DNA of 64,000 nt from Mobula hypostoma (GCF_963921235.1 NC_086108.1:55926001-55990000), one strand, 5' to 3'. Counted from the first letter of the stretch, positions 24,630 to 37,051 are shown. A program made the numbers and translations. Notes: generated by a model from the sequence alone, not told the origin.

Positions 24630-27600
24630 TGTAACTCCAAAAACTAATCGAAAGAAAAGCCTGGTACAGCCAGCAGATGATATGTGTGTCTATTTCATTT
24701 TTACTTTTAAGGCACGCATTTATGACGTGGTGGCATAATGACATGTGCCATTTTGTCCCTCTTAGTCCTAAAAATGTAATCACTGTGGAGAATTTCTTGC
24801 TCTTGTGGGTCACTCTGCTTGGCCTTTGAGACTTGTGGCTACAAAACAATCTCAGGTTCTGGGACCTCCTCTGTGGTGGTTGTAGGAGTCAAATCTGGGA
24901 CTGCAGAAAGTCGAGTTGGCATCCCGAAGAGTGCATGGCAAGCAGCTCAATCTGCTGATCTGTTCCATGCCACCAGACAATACTTTGAGTCAATGCTTTC
25001 ATTTTTAATCACACCTAGATGAGGGGCATTTAGCTCTCAACTTGGATGGTACAACTCTCCATCCCCACATAAGGCAACTTCTAGTCCAAGGACAAATTCA
25101 TCCAGGCACTGGTAAAAATGGGGGAATGGGATTTCTGCTGCACGTTCCAGACATTTTGGGTTGACATGTAGACCGGAGACAGTGTGGGATCTTTTCTGGT
25201 TTACCTTTGGGTCACCTCTGCCATAATAGAGAGAATATGCCAAGAGGAGTGTCCTTTTTTGTAAATGTTCAGTTATTTCCTTTTTCAAGGGTAAACAGGA
25301 CAATCCATCAATATTTCCATGATTAGTCATCCTCATGATTTATATCTTGTAATTGTATCCTCCAAGAAACAGAGCCCACCTCTACATTTGTGCTGCTGCT
25401 GTTAGTGAGTCACCCTTCTGTGGATTGGAAATGGACACGAGTGGTTGATGATCAGTAATGAGGGTAAATTCTCTCCCATACAAGTACTGGCGGAAACGTT
25501 TTACACCCTAAGCCAGACTCAAGGCCTCCCTGTCGATCTGTGTGTAATTTTTCCCTGCAGCAGTAAGAGTATGTGATGCAAGGGCTATGGGACGTTCACT
25601 TCCATCATTCATATTATGTGACATGGCCGTACCTCTACCTTAAGGTGAGAGTTCACAGGCAAGGTTCACTGGACAATGTGGATCATAATGTGTGAGTACA
25701 GTGTCCGATGTCACCACTTCCTTTGCCTTTTGAAAGACCATCTCACACTGCTTTGTCCATTGGTCCTTTGAATGTTTTCTTGTAAGATTCCCGAAACTAA
25801 ACGATCTCCCAGTGCATCATGAAGCCCATCAATGAATTGACAATGCTCAGACAGTCTCTTCAATTCAGCCACGTGAGCTGAAATGGACTCCACTTTTTTT
25901 GTGTCTAATTATAAGACCATAAGATATAGGAGAAGAATTAGGCCATTTGGCTCTTTGAATCTGGTCCACCATTTCATCATAGCTTATCCATTTCTCAGCC
26001 CCAATCTCATACCTTCTCCCACATAACCCTTAATGCCCTAAATAATCAAGAATTTATCAACTACTGCCTTAAACATATCCAATGACATGGCCTCCATAGC
26101 CATCTGTGGCAATGAATTTCACAGATTCACCACTTTCTGGCTAAAGAAATTCATCCTCATCTCCATTCTAAATGGACATTCCTGTATTCTGAGGCTGTGC
26201 CCTTGGTCCTAGACTCCCCCACAATGGGAAACATCCTCTCTACATCCACTGTATCGTGGCCTTTCAACATCAGATAGGTTTCAATGAGATCCTCCCTCAT
26301 TCTTCTGAATTCCAGTGAGTACAGGCCCAGAGCCATCAGTCAGTCCTCATATGGGAACCCTTTCTTTCCCAGAATCATTCTCATAAACCTCCCCTGAACA
26401 CTCTCTAATGCCAGCACATCCTTTCTTAGATAAGAGGTCCAAAATTGCTCACAGTACTCCAAGTGAGGCCTTACCAGTGCCTTATAAAGCCTCAATATTA
26501 CAGTCTTCCTGTTATATTCTAGTCCTCTCGAAATGAATGTTCTTCCTTGCCACTGACTCAACCTGCAATTAACTTTCAGGGAATCCTGTATGGGGACTCC
26601 CAAATCCCTTTGCACATCTGATTTTTGAATTTTCTCTCCATTTAGAAAATTGTCTACACTTTTATTTCTTCTGTCAAAGTTCATGACCATACACTTCCTG
26701 ACACTGTATTCCACCTGCTATGTCTTTGATCATTCCCATAATCTATCTAAGTCTCTCTGTTTCCTGCTTGACCCCCAACTATCTTCATATCGTCCGCAAA
26801 CTTCACTACAAAGCCATCAATTCCATCATCCAAATGATTGACGTATAATGTAAAAAGAATCAGTCCCAACACAAACCTCCGTGGAATACCACTAATCATC
26901 AGCAGCCAACCAGAAAAGGCTCCCTTTATTCCCACTCTTTGCTTCCTGCCAATCAGCCAGTGCTCTATCCATGCTAGTATCTTTCCTGTAATACCATAAG
27001 CTCATAGCTTGTTAAGCAGCCTCATGTGTGACACCTTGTCAAAGGCCTTCTGAAATCCAAGTACACAACATCTACTGATTCTTCTTTGTCTATCCTGATT
27101 GTTATTTCTTCAAAGAATTCCAATAGATTTGTCAGGCAAGATTTTCCCTTGAGGAAACTATGCTGACAATGGCCTACTTTATCATGTGCTTCCAAGTACC
27201 CTGAAACCACATCCTTGAGAATAAACTCCAACATTTTCCCAACCACTGAGGTCTGACTATTATTTACTTTCTCTTGCCTCTCTTTCTTCTTGAAGAGTGG
27301 AGTGACATTTGCAATTTTCCAGTCCTCTGGAACCATGCCATTCTGAAAAATCATTACTAATACCTCCACAAGCACTTCAGCCACTTCTTTCAGAACCCTG
27401 GGGTGTAGTCCATCTGATCCAGGTGATTTATCCACCATCAAACCTTTTGCTTTCCCAAGCACCTTCTCCCTGATCATGGCAACTTCACTCATTTCTGCCC
27501 CTGACACACTTGGAATTCCGGCATACTGTAGTGTCTTCCACAGGGAAGACTGATGCAAAATACTTATTCAGTTCATCCTCCATTTCCTTGTCCCCCATTA

Positions 27601-28484
27601 CTACCTCTCCAGCATAATTTTCTAGCAGTCTAATATCTACTTTTGCCTGTCTTTTACTTTTGATATATCTGAAGAATATTTGGGTATCCTCTTTAATATT
27701 ATGGCTAGCTTACCTTCATATTCCATCTTTACCATCTTTATAACTTTTTAGTTGCATTTTGTTGGTTTTTAGAAGCTTCCCAATCCTCTATATTTCCACA
27801 AAGTTTTGCTCTATTATATGCCTTTTCTGTGGCTTTTATGTTGGCTTTGACTTCCCTTGTCAGCCTCAGGAGCACCATCTTCTCTTTAGAATACTTCTTC
27901 TTTGGGATGTATCTATCCTGCACCTTCCAAATTGATCCTGGAAATTATGAAACCTAAGCATTCTGGAATCAACAATGGTTTTGGTTCTAAATGTTCCTGC
28001 ATTACTTTCACAATATTGGCAAAGTTCATTTCAGTTGGTTTGGTTGGAGCATTCAGACCTCTATCTGTATGCTTGTCCACCAATTGCACTCAACTAAACT
28101 GGCACTCATTTCTCATCAGCTATTCTGTTTGCTTTAAAATACTGCTCAATTCACTAAGTATAAATCACCCAGTTATCTTCTGTGGAATCAAACTCATCTA
28201 TCTTTCCAAAATGGCCAGTTATTTCTGTTTATTATAATTATTATGATGGCCCAGTACTCACTCATTATGCACCCATGAATTTCATCCATCTTCTGCCTTC
28301 TTTTAACTCGACTTTCTCGAAGAAGCATGTGCTGCACTTTTGTTTTTTACTTGACCATTCCTCTCCTCTGGTGAAGGCGTACTATATTTTTTAAAATTTC
28401 AAATGTCTTGCTGAGCTTCATCAAGTAGGTAGTTATCTCAGTTTCATTTGAAACTTTCTTGCTCTCACTGTTATGTTTTGTAAC
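24630..28484 (-). mobile_element. Decayed, internally deleted Gypsy LTR retrotransposon interrupted by a CR1
   Basis: gag GHFGKIDEFD (~28220-28190) and ESISAHVAELKRLSEHCQF...DRLV (25893-25790); RNaseH ERPIALASHTL...FTLITDHQPL (~25600-25440); LTR-like ends at 24630-24750 and GTTACAAAACATAACA at ~28470-28484. Confidence 0.8.
25910..27945 (-). mobile_element. CR1 LINE, 5'-truncated
   Basis: KSPGSDGLHPRVLKE, KSCLTNLLEFFE, KFADD and RPHLEYCEQFW motifs; (TCTTATG/TCTTATA)-type tail at 25910-25930. Confidence 0.92.
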
Positions 28485-28665
28485 ATCATTGTTATCAAAG
28501 TACATATATGTTACCTTGAGACTTGGTTTCTTGTGGGCATACTTAGAATTAATGAAACACCAGTCTCAAAAGGGCAGAGATATAACCAATGTGCAAAAGA
28601 CAACTGTGCAAATTCAAAAGAGGAAAAATAAATAATAATAATAATAAATAAATAAGCAATAAATA

Positions 28666-29413
28666 CACTGGACAACAAAGATTTTGCTTCCTGAATACTT
28701 CTGGATGTATAATTATTGATTTAAGCTGCTGATCACGAACAACATCATAACATTTCCCTATCACACACCATTTGTTTTTAAAGAATGCCTATATTTGTTA
28801 TTTCAATTCATAATTTAATTCAGAATTACTGATGCCAAGATTAAGGATGGCATTTTTGTTGGTACACAAGTCAAACTTCTTGTAGAACCAGAGAAAATCA
28901 CGTGGAAGATATTCAAGGATGTTGTAAATTTTTCTAGTAAGTACACAGCACCAAACTACATGCAGCTGGTTGACAACATGCTTCAAGCATACAAAACCAA
29001 GAAGTTTTCATGGAAGGTTCATTTTCTGCATTCCCATTTAGAATTCTTCCCTGCAAGTCTTGGCGCTGTCGGTGACAAGCATGGTGAAAGATGTCAGTGG
29101 GGCATTATGGTGATGGAGAAATGGTATCAGGGCAACTGGAATCTATCAACGCTGGCTGATTATTGTTGGTCACCTAAGCGAGAAGCCTCAGACACTGAGT
29201 ACAAATGAAAATCATCAACAATTTAGCTTAGTTGAACTATTGCAAAGCCTCAACTATTAAATGCATTATGTTTAATAAAAGTTAATTCCCTGTTTCTCCA
29301 AATTTCTGTGTGATAAAAGTGGACTGAAATTATATTTGTGTTCAGCTTCAAGTCTATCATAAACAAAAAAAATCTGAGAAAATTACACTTCCAAAAATAT
29401 TTGTTGTCTGGTG
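28666..29413 (+). mobile_element. Chapaev3 (CMC) DNA transposon, internal-deletion derivative
   Basis: TIRs CACTGGACAACAAA / TTTGTTGTCTGGTG (12/14 match), 3-bp TSD ATA, and transposase C-terminus KVHFLHSHLEFFPASLGAVGDKHGER...MEKWYQGNWN..LADYCW (28960-29208). Confidence 0.85.
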
Positions 29414-30297
29414 ATATTGAGAACATGAATGATGAATCCTTGAAAGTGAGTCCATAGGTTGCGGAACAGTTCAGTGATGGGGCGAGTGAAGTTATCCCCA
29501 CTGATTCAAGGGCCTGACGCTTCAGGGGTAACAACTGTTCCTGAACCTGGTGGTATGAGTCATGAGACTTCTGTACTTCCTTCCTGATGGCAACAGCGAG
29601 AAGAGAGTATGGCCTAGGTGGTGTTGGTCCATGTTGATGGATGCTGCTTTCCTGCAACAGCGTTCCGTGTAGATGTGCTCAATGGTGTCTCTATAGAAGT
29701 TTGTGAAAGTTTTAGATGTCATGCTGAATCTTCACAAATTACTAAGGAAGTAGAGGCACTGCCGTGCTTTCTTCATAATTGCACTTATGAGGTGGGCCCA
29801 GGACAATTCTCTAAAATGATAACTGTGAGGAATTTAACATTGCTGACCCTCTCCACCTCTGGTCCCCCAATAAGGACTGGTTCATGGGCCTCTGGTTTCC
29901 TCCTCCTGAAGTCAATAATCAGCTCCTTGGTCTTGCTGACATTGAGTAAGAGTTGTTGTTGTTGTGGCACCACCCAGCCAGATTTTCAAACTTCTTCCTA
30001 TATGCTATTCATTACTAGGTTTGATTCAGGCAATGACAGTAGTGTCATCAGCAAACTTAAATATATTATTGGAGCTGTACTCAGCTACACCATCTTAAGT
30101 ATAAAGCGAGTAGTACAGGGGGCTAAGCACACAGCCCTGTGGTGCACCTGTGCTGATGGAGATTGTGGAGGAGATGTTGCCAATCCAAACTGACTGAGAT
30201 CTACAACAGGAATTCTGCAGATGCTGGAAATTCAAGCAACATACATCAAAGTTGCTGGTGAACGCAGCAGGCCAAGCAGCATCTATAGGAAGAGGTG

Positions 30298-30334
30298 CAG
30301 TCGACATTTCAGGCCGAGACCCTTCGTCAGGACC
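30298..30334 (-). ncRNA. Minimal type I hammerhead ribozyme motif (PLE-type)
   Basis: Minus strand reads GGTC-CTGACGA-AGGGTCTCGGCCT-GAAAT-GTC-GACT: CUGANGA and GAAA core, short stem II, GUC cleavage triplet and short stem I. Activity untested. Confidence 0.7.
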
Positions 30335-30366
30335 TGACGAAGGGTCTCGGCCTGAAACATCGACTG
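30334..30366 (+). ncRNA. Hammerhead ribozyme core (mirror copy)
   Basis: CTGACGA-AGGGTCTCGGCCT-GAAAC-ATC-GACTG. The 5' strand of stem I is lost at the palindrome centre. Confidence 0.55.
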
Positions 30367-30579
30367 CACCTCTTCCTATAGATGCTGCTTGGCCTGCTGC
30401 GTTCACCAGCAACTTTGATGTATGTTGCTTGAGATCTACAAGTGGGGCAATTGGGGATCCAATTGCACAAGGAGGTGCTGGTGAAGCCCAGCAATTATTT
30501 CTCAGTGGCAAATAAACCAAAGAATACAACTATATACTTCATTAATAACACTTTCTGGTAAGCTATCACAGCAAATGAT

Positions 30580-31160
30580 GGAGAAGCAATGCAGATTCAA
30601 GGGTCAAGGCAAGTGGGTGCGAGGCAGAGTGAGAGCGAAGGAAGATCCGAAGTTTGATCGATCTAAGCACCAGGCTGATTTGGAAAGGTTGAGTATAGGC
30701 CAAAACGTGGCTGTGGGGTGCAGGCTCAGAGCATACCGAAGTGACAGGGCCCGAGTCCAAGAATGAGGAATGACCCAATATTTGGATCATTTAAATGCCA
30801 GGGAAGCTTGGAAAGGCAGAGTGTTGGGACCAGAGGCAAGGGCTGGGCTAGTTGTGCTTGCTGCTGGCAATGTATACTTGGCTCTACACTGCAAATGAGG
30901 CTGCGGCCTGCTCTGACTGCAGTGATGCCTGGCTTCATGTCTGTGGTCTCTCTTCCATTCTGAACGCTATTTGCTTACTTTAATTGTTTGCATGATTTGA
31001 TTTTTGTTTTTTTTTCTTCTCTGCACATCTGGTGTTTGACAATCTTTTATTAATGGTTCTTTTGGGTTTTTATGTTTTGTGACTGCCTGTAAGCAGACGA
31101 ATCTCAATGTTGTAAAATGTATACATATTTTGATAATGAATGTACTTTGAACTTGAATTT
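30580..31160 (+). mobile_element. Non-autonomous element with Rex1-type 3' tail
   Basis: Ends GATAATGAATGTACTTTGAACTTGAA like the Rex1 tails here. The non-coding body has an imperfect internal repeat (..TTTGATCGATCTAAGCACCAGG..TTGGAAAGG at ~30650 and ~30780). Confidence 0.6.
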
Positions 31161-33930
31161 TGAGGTATTGCGGCCAAGATCTTGAAGCTTATAGATTAGT
31201 TTTGAGAAGATGATAGTGTTGAGTGCCAAGCTGTAGTCAATAAAGATCATCCTGATGTATGCATCTTTGCTGTCCAGATGTTCCAGGGTTGAGTGAAGAG
31301 TCAGTGAGATGGCATCTGCTGTGGACCTGTTGTGCCAGTGGGAAAACTGGAGCAGATCCAAGTCACTTCTCAGGCAGGGGTTGATATGTTTCATCACCAG
31401 CCTCTCAAAACACTTCATCACAGTGGATGTAAGTGCAACTGGACGATAGTTATTGAGGCTGGTTACCATGTTCTTCTTAGGTACAGGTATGATTGAAGCC
31501 TGCTTGAAACAGGAGGGTACCACAGATTGCTGAAGTGAGAGGCTAAAGATATCAGCGAACACTCCAGCCAGTTGATCAGAACAGGTCTTTCGTATTTGAC
31601 CAGGTACCCCATCCGGGCCAGATGCTTTCTGTGGGTTTATCCTCCTGAAGGATGTTGGTTTTAGGAACTGAAATCACAGGGTCATCAGGGGCTGTGGGAG
31701 TTCATGAAGGTTCCTCCATGTTTTGCCACAGATATCAAGCATCCTTCATTGATTCAGGTTTAGTCTGGAATTGCCACTTTGCCCGCAAGGTGGCTTTCTG
31801 GAGATCGTACCTGGACCTCCTGTATCTTATTTGGTCACCAAACCTGAATACCTCTGAACTGCAGATCTCATGATTCATCCAGAGATTCTGGTTGGGGAAG
31901 ACTCTGAATGATTTTGTTAGAACACACTCATCTACGACTGTTTTTATAAAATCTGTGACAACTCTGGTGTACTCGTTCAACAGAGGCCATAAGACCGTAA
32001 GACATAGGAGCAGAATTAAGCCACGTGGCCCATTGTGTCTATTACATCATTCAACAATGGCTGATCCTTTTCTCGCTTCCTCAGCCCCACTCTCCAGCCT
32101 TCTCCCCGTAACCTTTAATGCTGTGTCCAATCACGAACCTATTAAATTCTGCCTTAAATACACCTAATGACCTGCTGCTTATGGTAGTAAATTCCACAAT
32201 TTCACCACCCTCTGGTTAAAGAAATTTCTCCACATCTCTGTTAGAAATGGACATCCCTTTATCCTGAGGCTGTGCCCTCTTGTCCTAGACTCCCCCATCA
32301 TGAGAAACATTCTTTCCTCATCTACTCTGTCTAGGCCTTTCAACATTCGAAAGGTTTCAATGAGATACCCCCTCATCCTTCTAAATTCCAGGGAGTACAG
32401 ACCCAGAGCTATCAAATGTTCTTCATATGATAACCTTTTCATTCACGTAAACCTCCTCAGAACCCTCTTCAGTGTCAGCACATCTTTTCTTAGATGAGGA
32501 GCCCAAAACTGTTTACAAAACTCAAGGTAAGGCCTCACCAGTGCCTTATAAAGCCTCAGCATCACATCCCTGATCTTGTATTTCTAGACCTCTTGAAATG
32601 AATGCTAACATTGCATTTGCCTTCCTCACTACTAACTCAACTTGCAGGTTAACCTATAGAGTGTTCTGCACAAGGACTCCCAAGTCCCTTTGCATCTCAG
32701 AGTTTTGGATTTTCTCCCTGTTTAGAAAATAGTCTGCACATTTATTTCTACTACCAAAGTGCATGACCATGCATTCTCCAACATTGTATTTTACTTGCCA
32801 CTTTCTTGCCCATTCTCCTAATCTGTCTGTCCTTCTGCAGCCTACCTGTTTCCTCAACACTACCTGCCCTTCCGCCAATTGCCGTATCATCTGCAACTTG
32901 GCAATAAAACCATCTATTCCATCATCTAAATCGTTGATATACAGCATAAAAAGAAGTGGTCCCAATACCGGCTCCTGCGGAACACCACTAGTCACTGGCA
33001 GCTAACCAGAAAAGGATCCTTTTATTCCTACTCACTGCCTCCTACCGATCAGCTAATGCTCTAACCATGTTAATAACTTTACTGTAATACCATGGGCTCT
33101 TAGCTTGGTAAGCAGCCTCATGTTTGGCACTTTGTCAATGGCCTTCTGAAAGTCCATATATACAACATCCACTACATCCCCTTTATCTATCCTACTTGTA
33201 ATCTCCTCAAAGAATTCCAAAAGGCTTGTCAGGTAAGATTTTCCCTTAAGGAAACCATGCTGACTTTGTACTATTTTATCCTGTGTCACCAAGTACTCCA
33301 TAACTTCATCCTTAACAATTGACTCCAACATCGTCCCAAACACTGAGGTCAGGCTAACTGGTCTATAATTTCCTTTCTGCTGCCTTCCTCCTTTCTTAAG
33401 TGCACTGATGAGAACTCGAACACGGTCCAGCCCACCAACTCAAAGCAATCCTATCTCTGGAGCCTTGGTCTTTAGCCTCTGCCTGTATGCAGGTAGAAAG
33501 ACAGCCAAGTGATCAGATTTCCTGAAATACAGTCTGGACATGGAACAGTAAGCATTCCTGATCATAGTATAGAAGTGGTCTAATGTGTTGGGACCACTGG
33601 TGTTACAGACTATATGCTGATGGTAATTGGGCAGAGATTTCTTCAAACAAACCTGATTGAAGTCCCCGTTTATAATTTGTTTGCTGATTGCAGCATGCAG
33701 TATCTCAAGTGCCTTATTAGAGTTAGCTGATGGTGTAATGTAAACTGGGCTCAGGATCATGGAGGAGAACTCTCTTGGTTAATAGAAGGATCAGGACTTG
33801 ATCGTTAGGTGTTCCATGTCAAGGCAACCAGAGAATGACAAAACCACCACAAAGAGTTTATCATAAAACACACACACTCACCTTTTGTCTTTTCCGAATC
33901 TGCAGTTCTGTCCATCCTGTGTATCAGGAA
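31161..33930 (-). mobile_element. Rex1/Babar LINE 5'/middle part (APE and RT N-terminal half), interrupted by CR1
   Basis: GDFNQ..LKKSLPNYHQH...[36 protein letters not shown] and [11 protein letters not shown] motifs. Confidence 0.9.
31988..33400 (-). mobile_element. CR1 LINE, 5'-truncated
   Basis: QHGFLKGKS, YMDFQKA, GVPQEPVLGP and YINDLDD motifs; tail CATAAGACCGTAAGACATAGG on the + strand. Confidence 0.92.
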
Positions 33931-33951
33931 TCTGTGTATACAGTGTATATA

Positions 33952-34308
33952 TGTAACGGCCTTCTGAGACTCCGGCCACCTTCCGAACCCCCGAGGTCTG
34001 ATATCCACCACCCTGGAACCGCTGGCCGTTCCTCACACGTCCGTCCTCTCTGCTCGCCTCCAGAAAAAGCCCGCGCTCCTCAACTCAGCACATATATACA
34101 AGATAACAGAGCATGACTTCCACTGGCTAACAAATGAATACAGTTTCCATTATCACATTGTATAACCCAAACATTGCTGTTACAGAGAACCCCTTGCTCA
34201 GCAGTTAACAGCACAAGAAGCAATTTTAATATAACACCTCAGAGAAGCCATTATGGTATTAAGCAATTAACAGTTAACAGTCCGTCTAGTATTACTGAGA
34301 GCCCTACA
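33952..34308 (-). mobile_element. Solo LTR
   Basis: TGTA...TACA termini and 4-bp TSD TATA (33948-33951 / 34309-34312). Shares TTCTCTGTA.CAGCAAT.TTTGGG.TAT with the LTR at 41525 in opposite orientation; strand is relative to that copy. Confidence 0.75.
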
Positions 34309-35011
34309 TATACTTATATAGTTGTTTGTGTATATTCTATATAATTTATAGTATATTTTATGTATTACATTCTACCGCTACACCAAAACAACATAATTCG
34401 TGACGTAAGTCAGTGATAATAAATTTGATTTTGATTCTGAATAGGTACATTCTGAGAACTTGTCTTCAAAAGTACAGATCTGAAAGCTTTTCTTCAAAAG
34501 CCAAAATAAGCTTGGAGTAAGCTTTTCTCACAGAAGCTAAATTTAACATTACTCCTGGTGTGCTTTTATCAAAGAAAGAGGCATGTTTTTTAGTTGATTT
34601 CACAGCCCAGAGGCACTAAAAGCCAGATGGTCTGTACTTGTTTTGATTTCTTACGTTCTCTGTGTTCATTGTGCGCTGTCTGTTGGCCTGAGTAATTTCC
34701 TTCCACTGCGAAGTGTATAATTTTTCAGACATTGCTGCATGTTTTCCATCTGTCTGCTCAGGATCCTGTGCTTCTTACAGTTCCAGTTTCAAGAGCTTTT
34801 GTGGGATCTTCTTCTGTTGTCCCAAAACTTTTTGCCATAATCTGTGCACCTGAATTTGCATATATGCTATAGATATGTCTTTGCTTTTCTTGTGCTTGGG
34901 GACATCCAGGTCTATCCACTTGAATCTCCAATAATTTTGTTCTAATGAACTTTCAGACACATGTTATGATAATTCAGATACATCATTTGTCCAACTCCAA
35001 TAGGAGTGAAT

Positions 35012-35190
35012 GACAAACAGCTGGGGGATCTCAGCAAGTGAAGCAGCATTTGTGGAGGCAAAGTAAGGGCACAACTCAAAGCATCAGATATCTCTCTGTC
35101 TTCACAGATACTGCATGACCCATTGTATTTCTCCAGCAGTTTTCTTATTGCTCAGATCGCCAGCACCTGCAGTCTCACGTGTCTCCAGCT
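35012..35190. mobile_element. Old degenerate inverted PLE-terminus pair
   Basis: GCTGGGGGATCTCAGCAAGTGAAGCAGCATTTGTGGAGGC versus GTCTTCACAGATACTGCATGACCC...TCTCCAGC. Confidence 0.6.
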
Positions 35191-35314
35191 CCAGTAGAGA
35201 TAGTTTGGCCTTGGTAATTTGTTTCGGTAATTCCAGACCCATTGTCAGTCCCTTTTTGCACAATCATGTGGAAAAGCTTTAAGCCATAATCTGTGCACAT
35301 GATGGGTCACCAGG

Positions 35315-35790
35315 TTATGGTCTGGTTGCCTTATTATAGGAAGGATGGGGAAGCTTCAGAGGAGATTTACCAGGATGCTGCCTAGATTACGGGGTTAGGT
35401 TGAGCAAGCTAGGCCTTTTCTAGTCGGAGAGAACAAGTATGAGAGGTGACCTGTTTGAAATATATAAGATACTAAGACGCAGAGATAGACAACCAGAGAC
35501 TTTTTCTCAGAGTGGAAATGGTTTAAGAAGTTTGGAGGATAGGAAAGGGAGACTGTCAGTAGAAGTTTTTTTTAAATACAAATTGGTGCCTGGAATACGC
35601 TTGCCGGGACTGGTGGTAGAGACAGATATATTTGGGATATTTAAGGGACTCTTACATAGGCAAATGGATGAAAGAAAAATGGAGGAGAAAGTGAGAGGGA
35701 AGGGCTAGATTTGATCTTGGAGTAGGTTAAAGGTTGGCACAACATCATGGGCTGATGGGCCTGCACTGTGCTGTGCTGTCCTATGTTCTG
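35315..35790 (+). mobile_element. CR1 3' fragment
   Basis: MRGDLFEIYKIL motif and tail GGCACAACATCATGGGC..GGGCCTG..CTGTGCTG. Confidence 0.8.
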
Positions 35791-35864
35791 CATTTTCAAA
35801 GAGAACGTGTTGATGCACTTGGTGCAATTGAGTTTATTAACAACAGCAGGTCATGAGAAGGAAG

Positions 35865-36557
35865 GTGGGTGGGGGGATCTCATTGAAATCTACTGATTAT
35901 TGAAAGGTCTAGACAGAGTGGACGTGGAGAGAATAGTGGGAAAGTCTATGACCAGAGAGCACAGCATCAGAATACCTTTAGAATGGAGATGAGAAGGAAT
36001 TTCTTTAGCCAGAGGGTAGCGAATCTGTAGAATTCATTGTCACAGACGGCTGTGGAGGCCAAGTCATGGCGTATATTTAAAATGGAGATTGATGGGTCCT
36101 TGGTTAGTAAGGGTGTAAGAACTTAGAGAGAAGACAAAAGAATGGAATGGAAAGGGAAGATAAATTAGTCATGATGGGGCAGCAGAGTGGTGTAATGGTT
36201 AGTGTAATACCATACAGTACCAGTGATCCAGATTCAATTCCTACCCCTTTCTGTAACGAGTTTATACATCCTCCCCATGATTGTCTGGATTTTGTCCCGG
36301 TGCTCCAGTTTCTGCACACGTTCCAAAGTCATGCAGGTTATGCTTAGTAAGTTGTGGTTTTGTTATGCTGGTGCCAGAAGCATGGTGACGCTTGCAGACT
36401 GCCCTAGCTCAACGTTGGACTGTGTTAGTCTTTGACGCAAATGACACATTTCACTGTATGTTTCACGTGACAAGTAAAGTTAATCTCTCTTCAAAAGCTC
36501 TCGTGGAGAAAATTTGATGGGCAAAATGTCCTAATTCTACACCTATATCTTATGGCC
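35865..36557 (+). mobile_element. CR1 3' fragment interrupted by a SINE
   Basis: GDLIE motif and EMRRNFFSQRV; the tail resumes at ~36515 (GATGGGCAAAATG.CCTAATTCT). Confidence 0.75.
36175..36488 (+). mobile_element. V-SINE variant with a non-CR1 3' tail
   Basis: Head GTGGTGTAATGGTTAG...GATTCAATTCC, V-domain CCCGGTGCTCCAGTTTC, tail CATTTCACTGTATGTTTCACGTGACAAGTAAAG. Confidence 0.75.
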
Positions 36558-37051
36558 TTTTGGACTAACATTGTCTTCAGACCTGGCCCAGCCAACCACT
36601 TATCATAAGCTGGATGCTGTGAAGATAAATGTGACAGATGGATCTAACCTGTACATTTAACGTAAAATGCTTTGTCCTTTGCACAATATGAACATTTTCC
36701 TTTGGTCTTTTCAAAATACAACGTTTTTCTGAGCTAAGTGCTTCTGTTTTGCATATTCTTGGAGTATTTTAGGTCTCCAGTTCATGGTAATCTTTTCCTG
36801 TAACATCTCTGATACATTACTGACTGCTCTTTTTATTGTAGAATGAAATATTTCTGGAAATTCAATTTAAATTACTCAAATGCACTACATTCATCTGGTA
36901 GCCACACTAATATCCATGTCGTCTCCAGTAAACTTTAATCTTCAAAACTACTGTCTCCAAAGTTAGACTCTTTCTGCTTTACCCTGCATTTTCTGCAAAG
37001 AGCAATGGCCTTCACTATTGCCCAGATACACTTGAAACATCCTACCATGCG

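Larger units (their letters stand above)
30207..30432. mobile_element. Palindromic PLE-terminus insertion with 12-bp TSD
   Basis: Arms 30232-30331 and 30333-30432 are complementary at 98/100 positions. TGAGATCTACAA occurs at 30195-30206 and 30430-30441. Confidence 0.93.
28485..30491 (-). mobile_element. Rex1/Babar LINE 3' half hosting a Chapaev3 and a palindromic PLE insert
   Basis: [46 protein letters not shown] and TTRFRNSCYP motifs. The tail rejoins across 28665/29414. Confidence 0.9.

Noticed and set aside
30095..30529. Mirror-image ORFs with near-identical peptides on both strands
   Set aside because: Direct consequence of the DNA palindrome; not a gene.
34833..35298. GCCATAATCTGTGCAC present twice ~450 bp apart
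   Set aside because: The intervening DNA does not look like a single element, so I cannot support it as a TSD.
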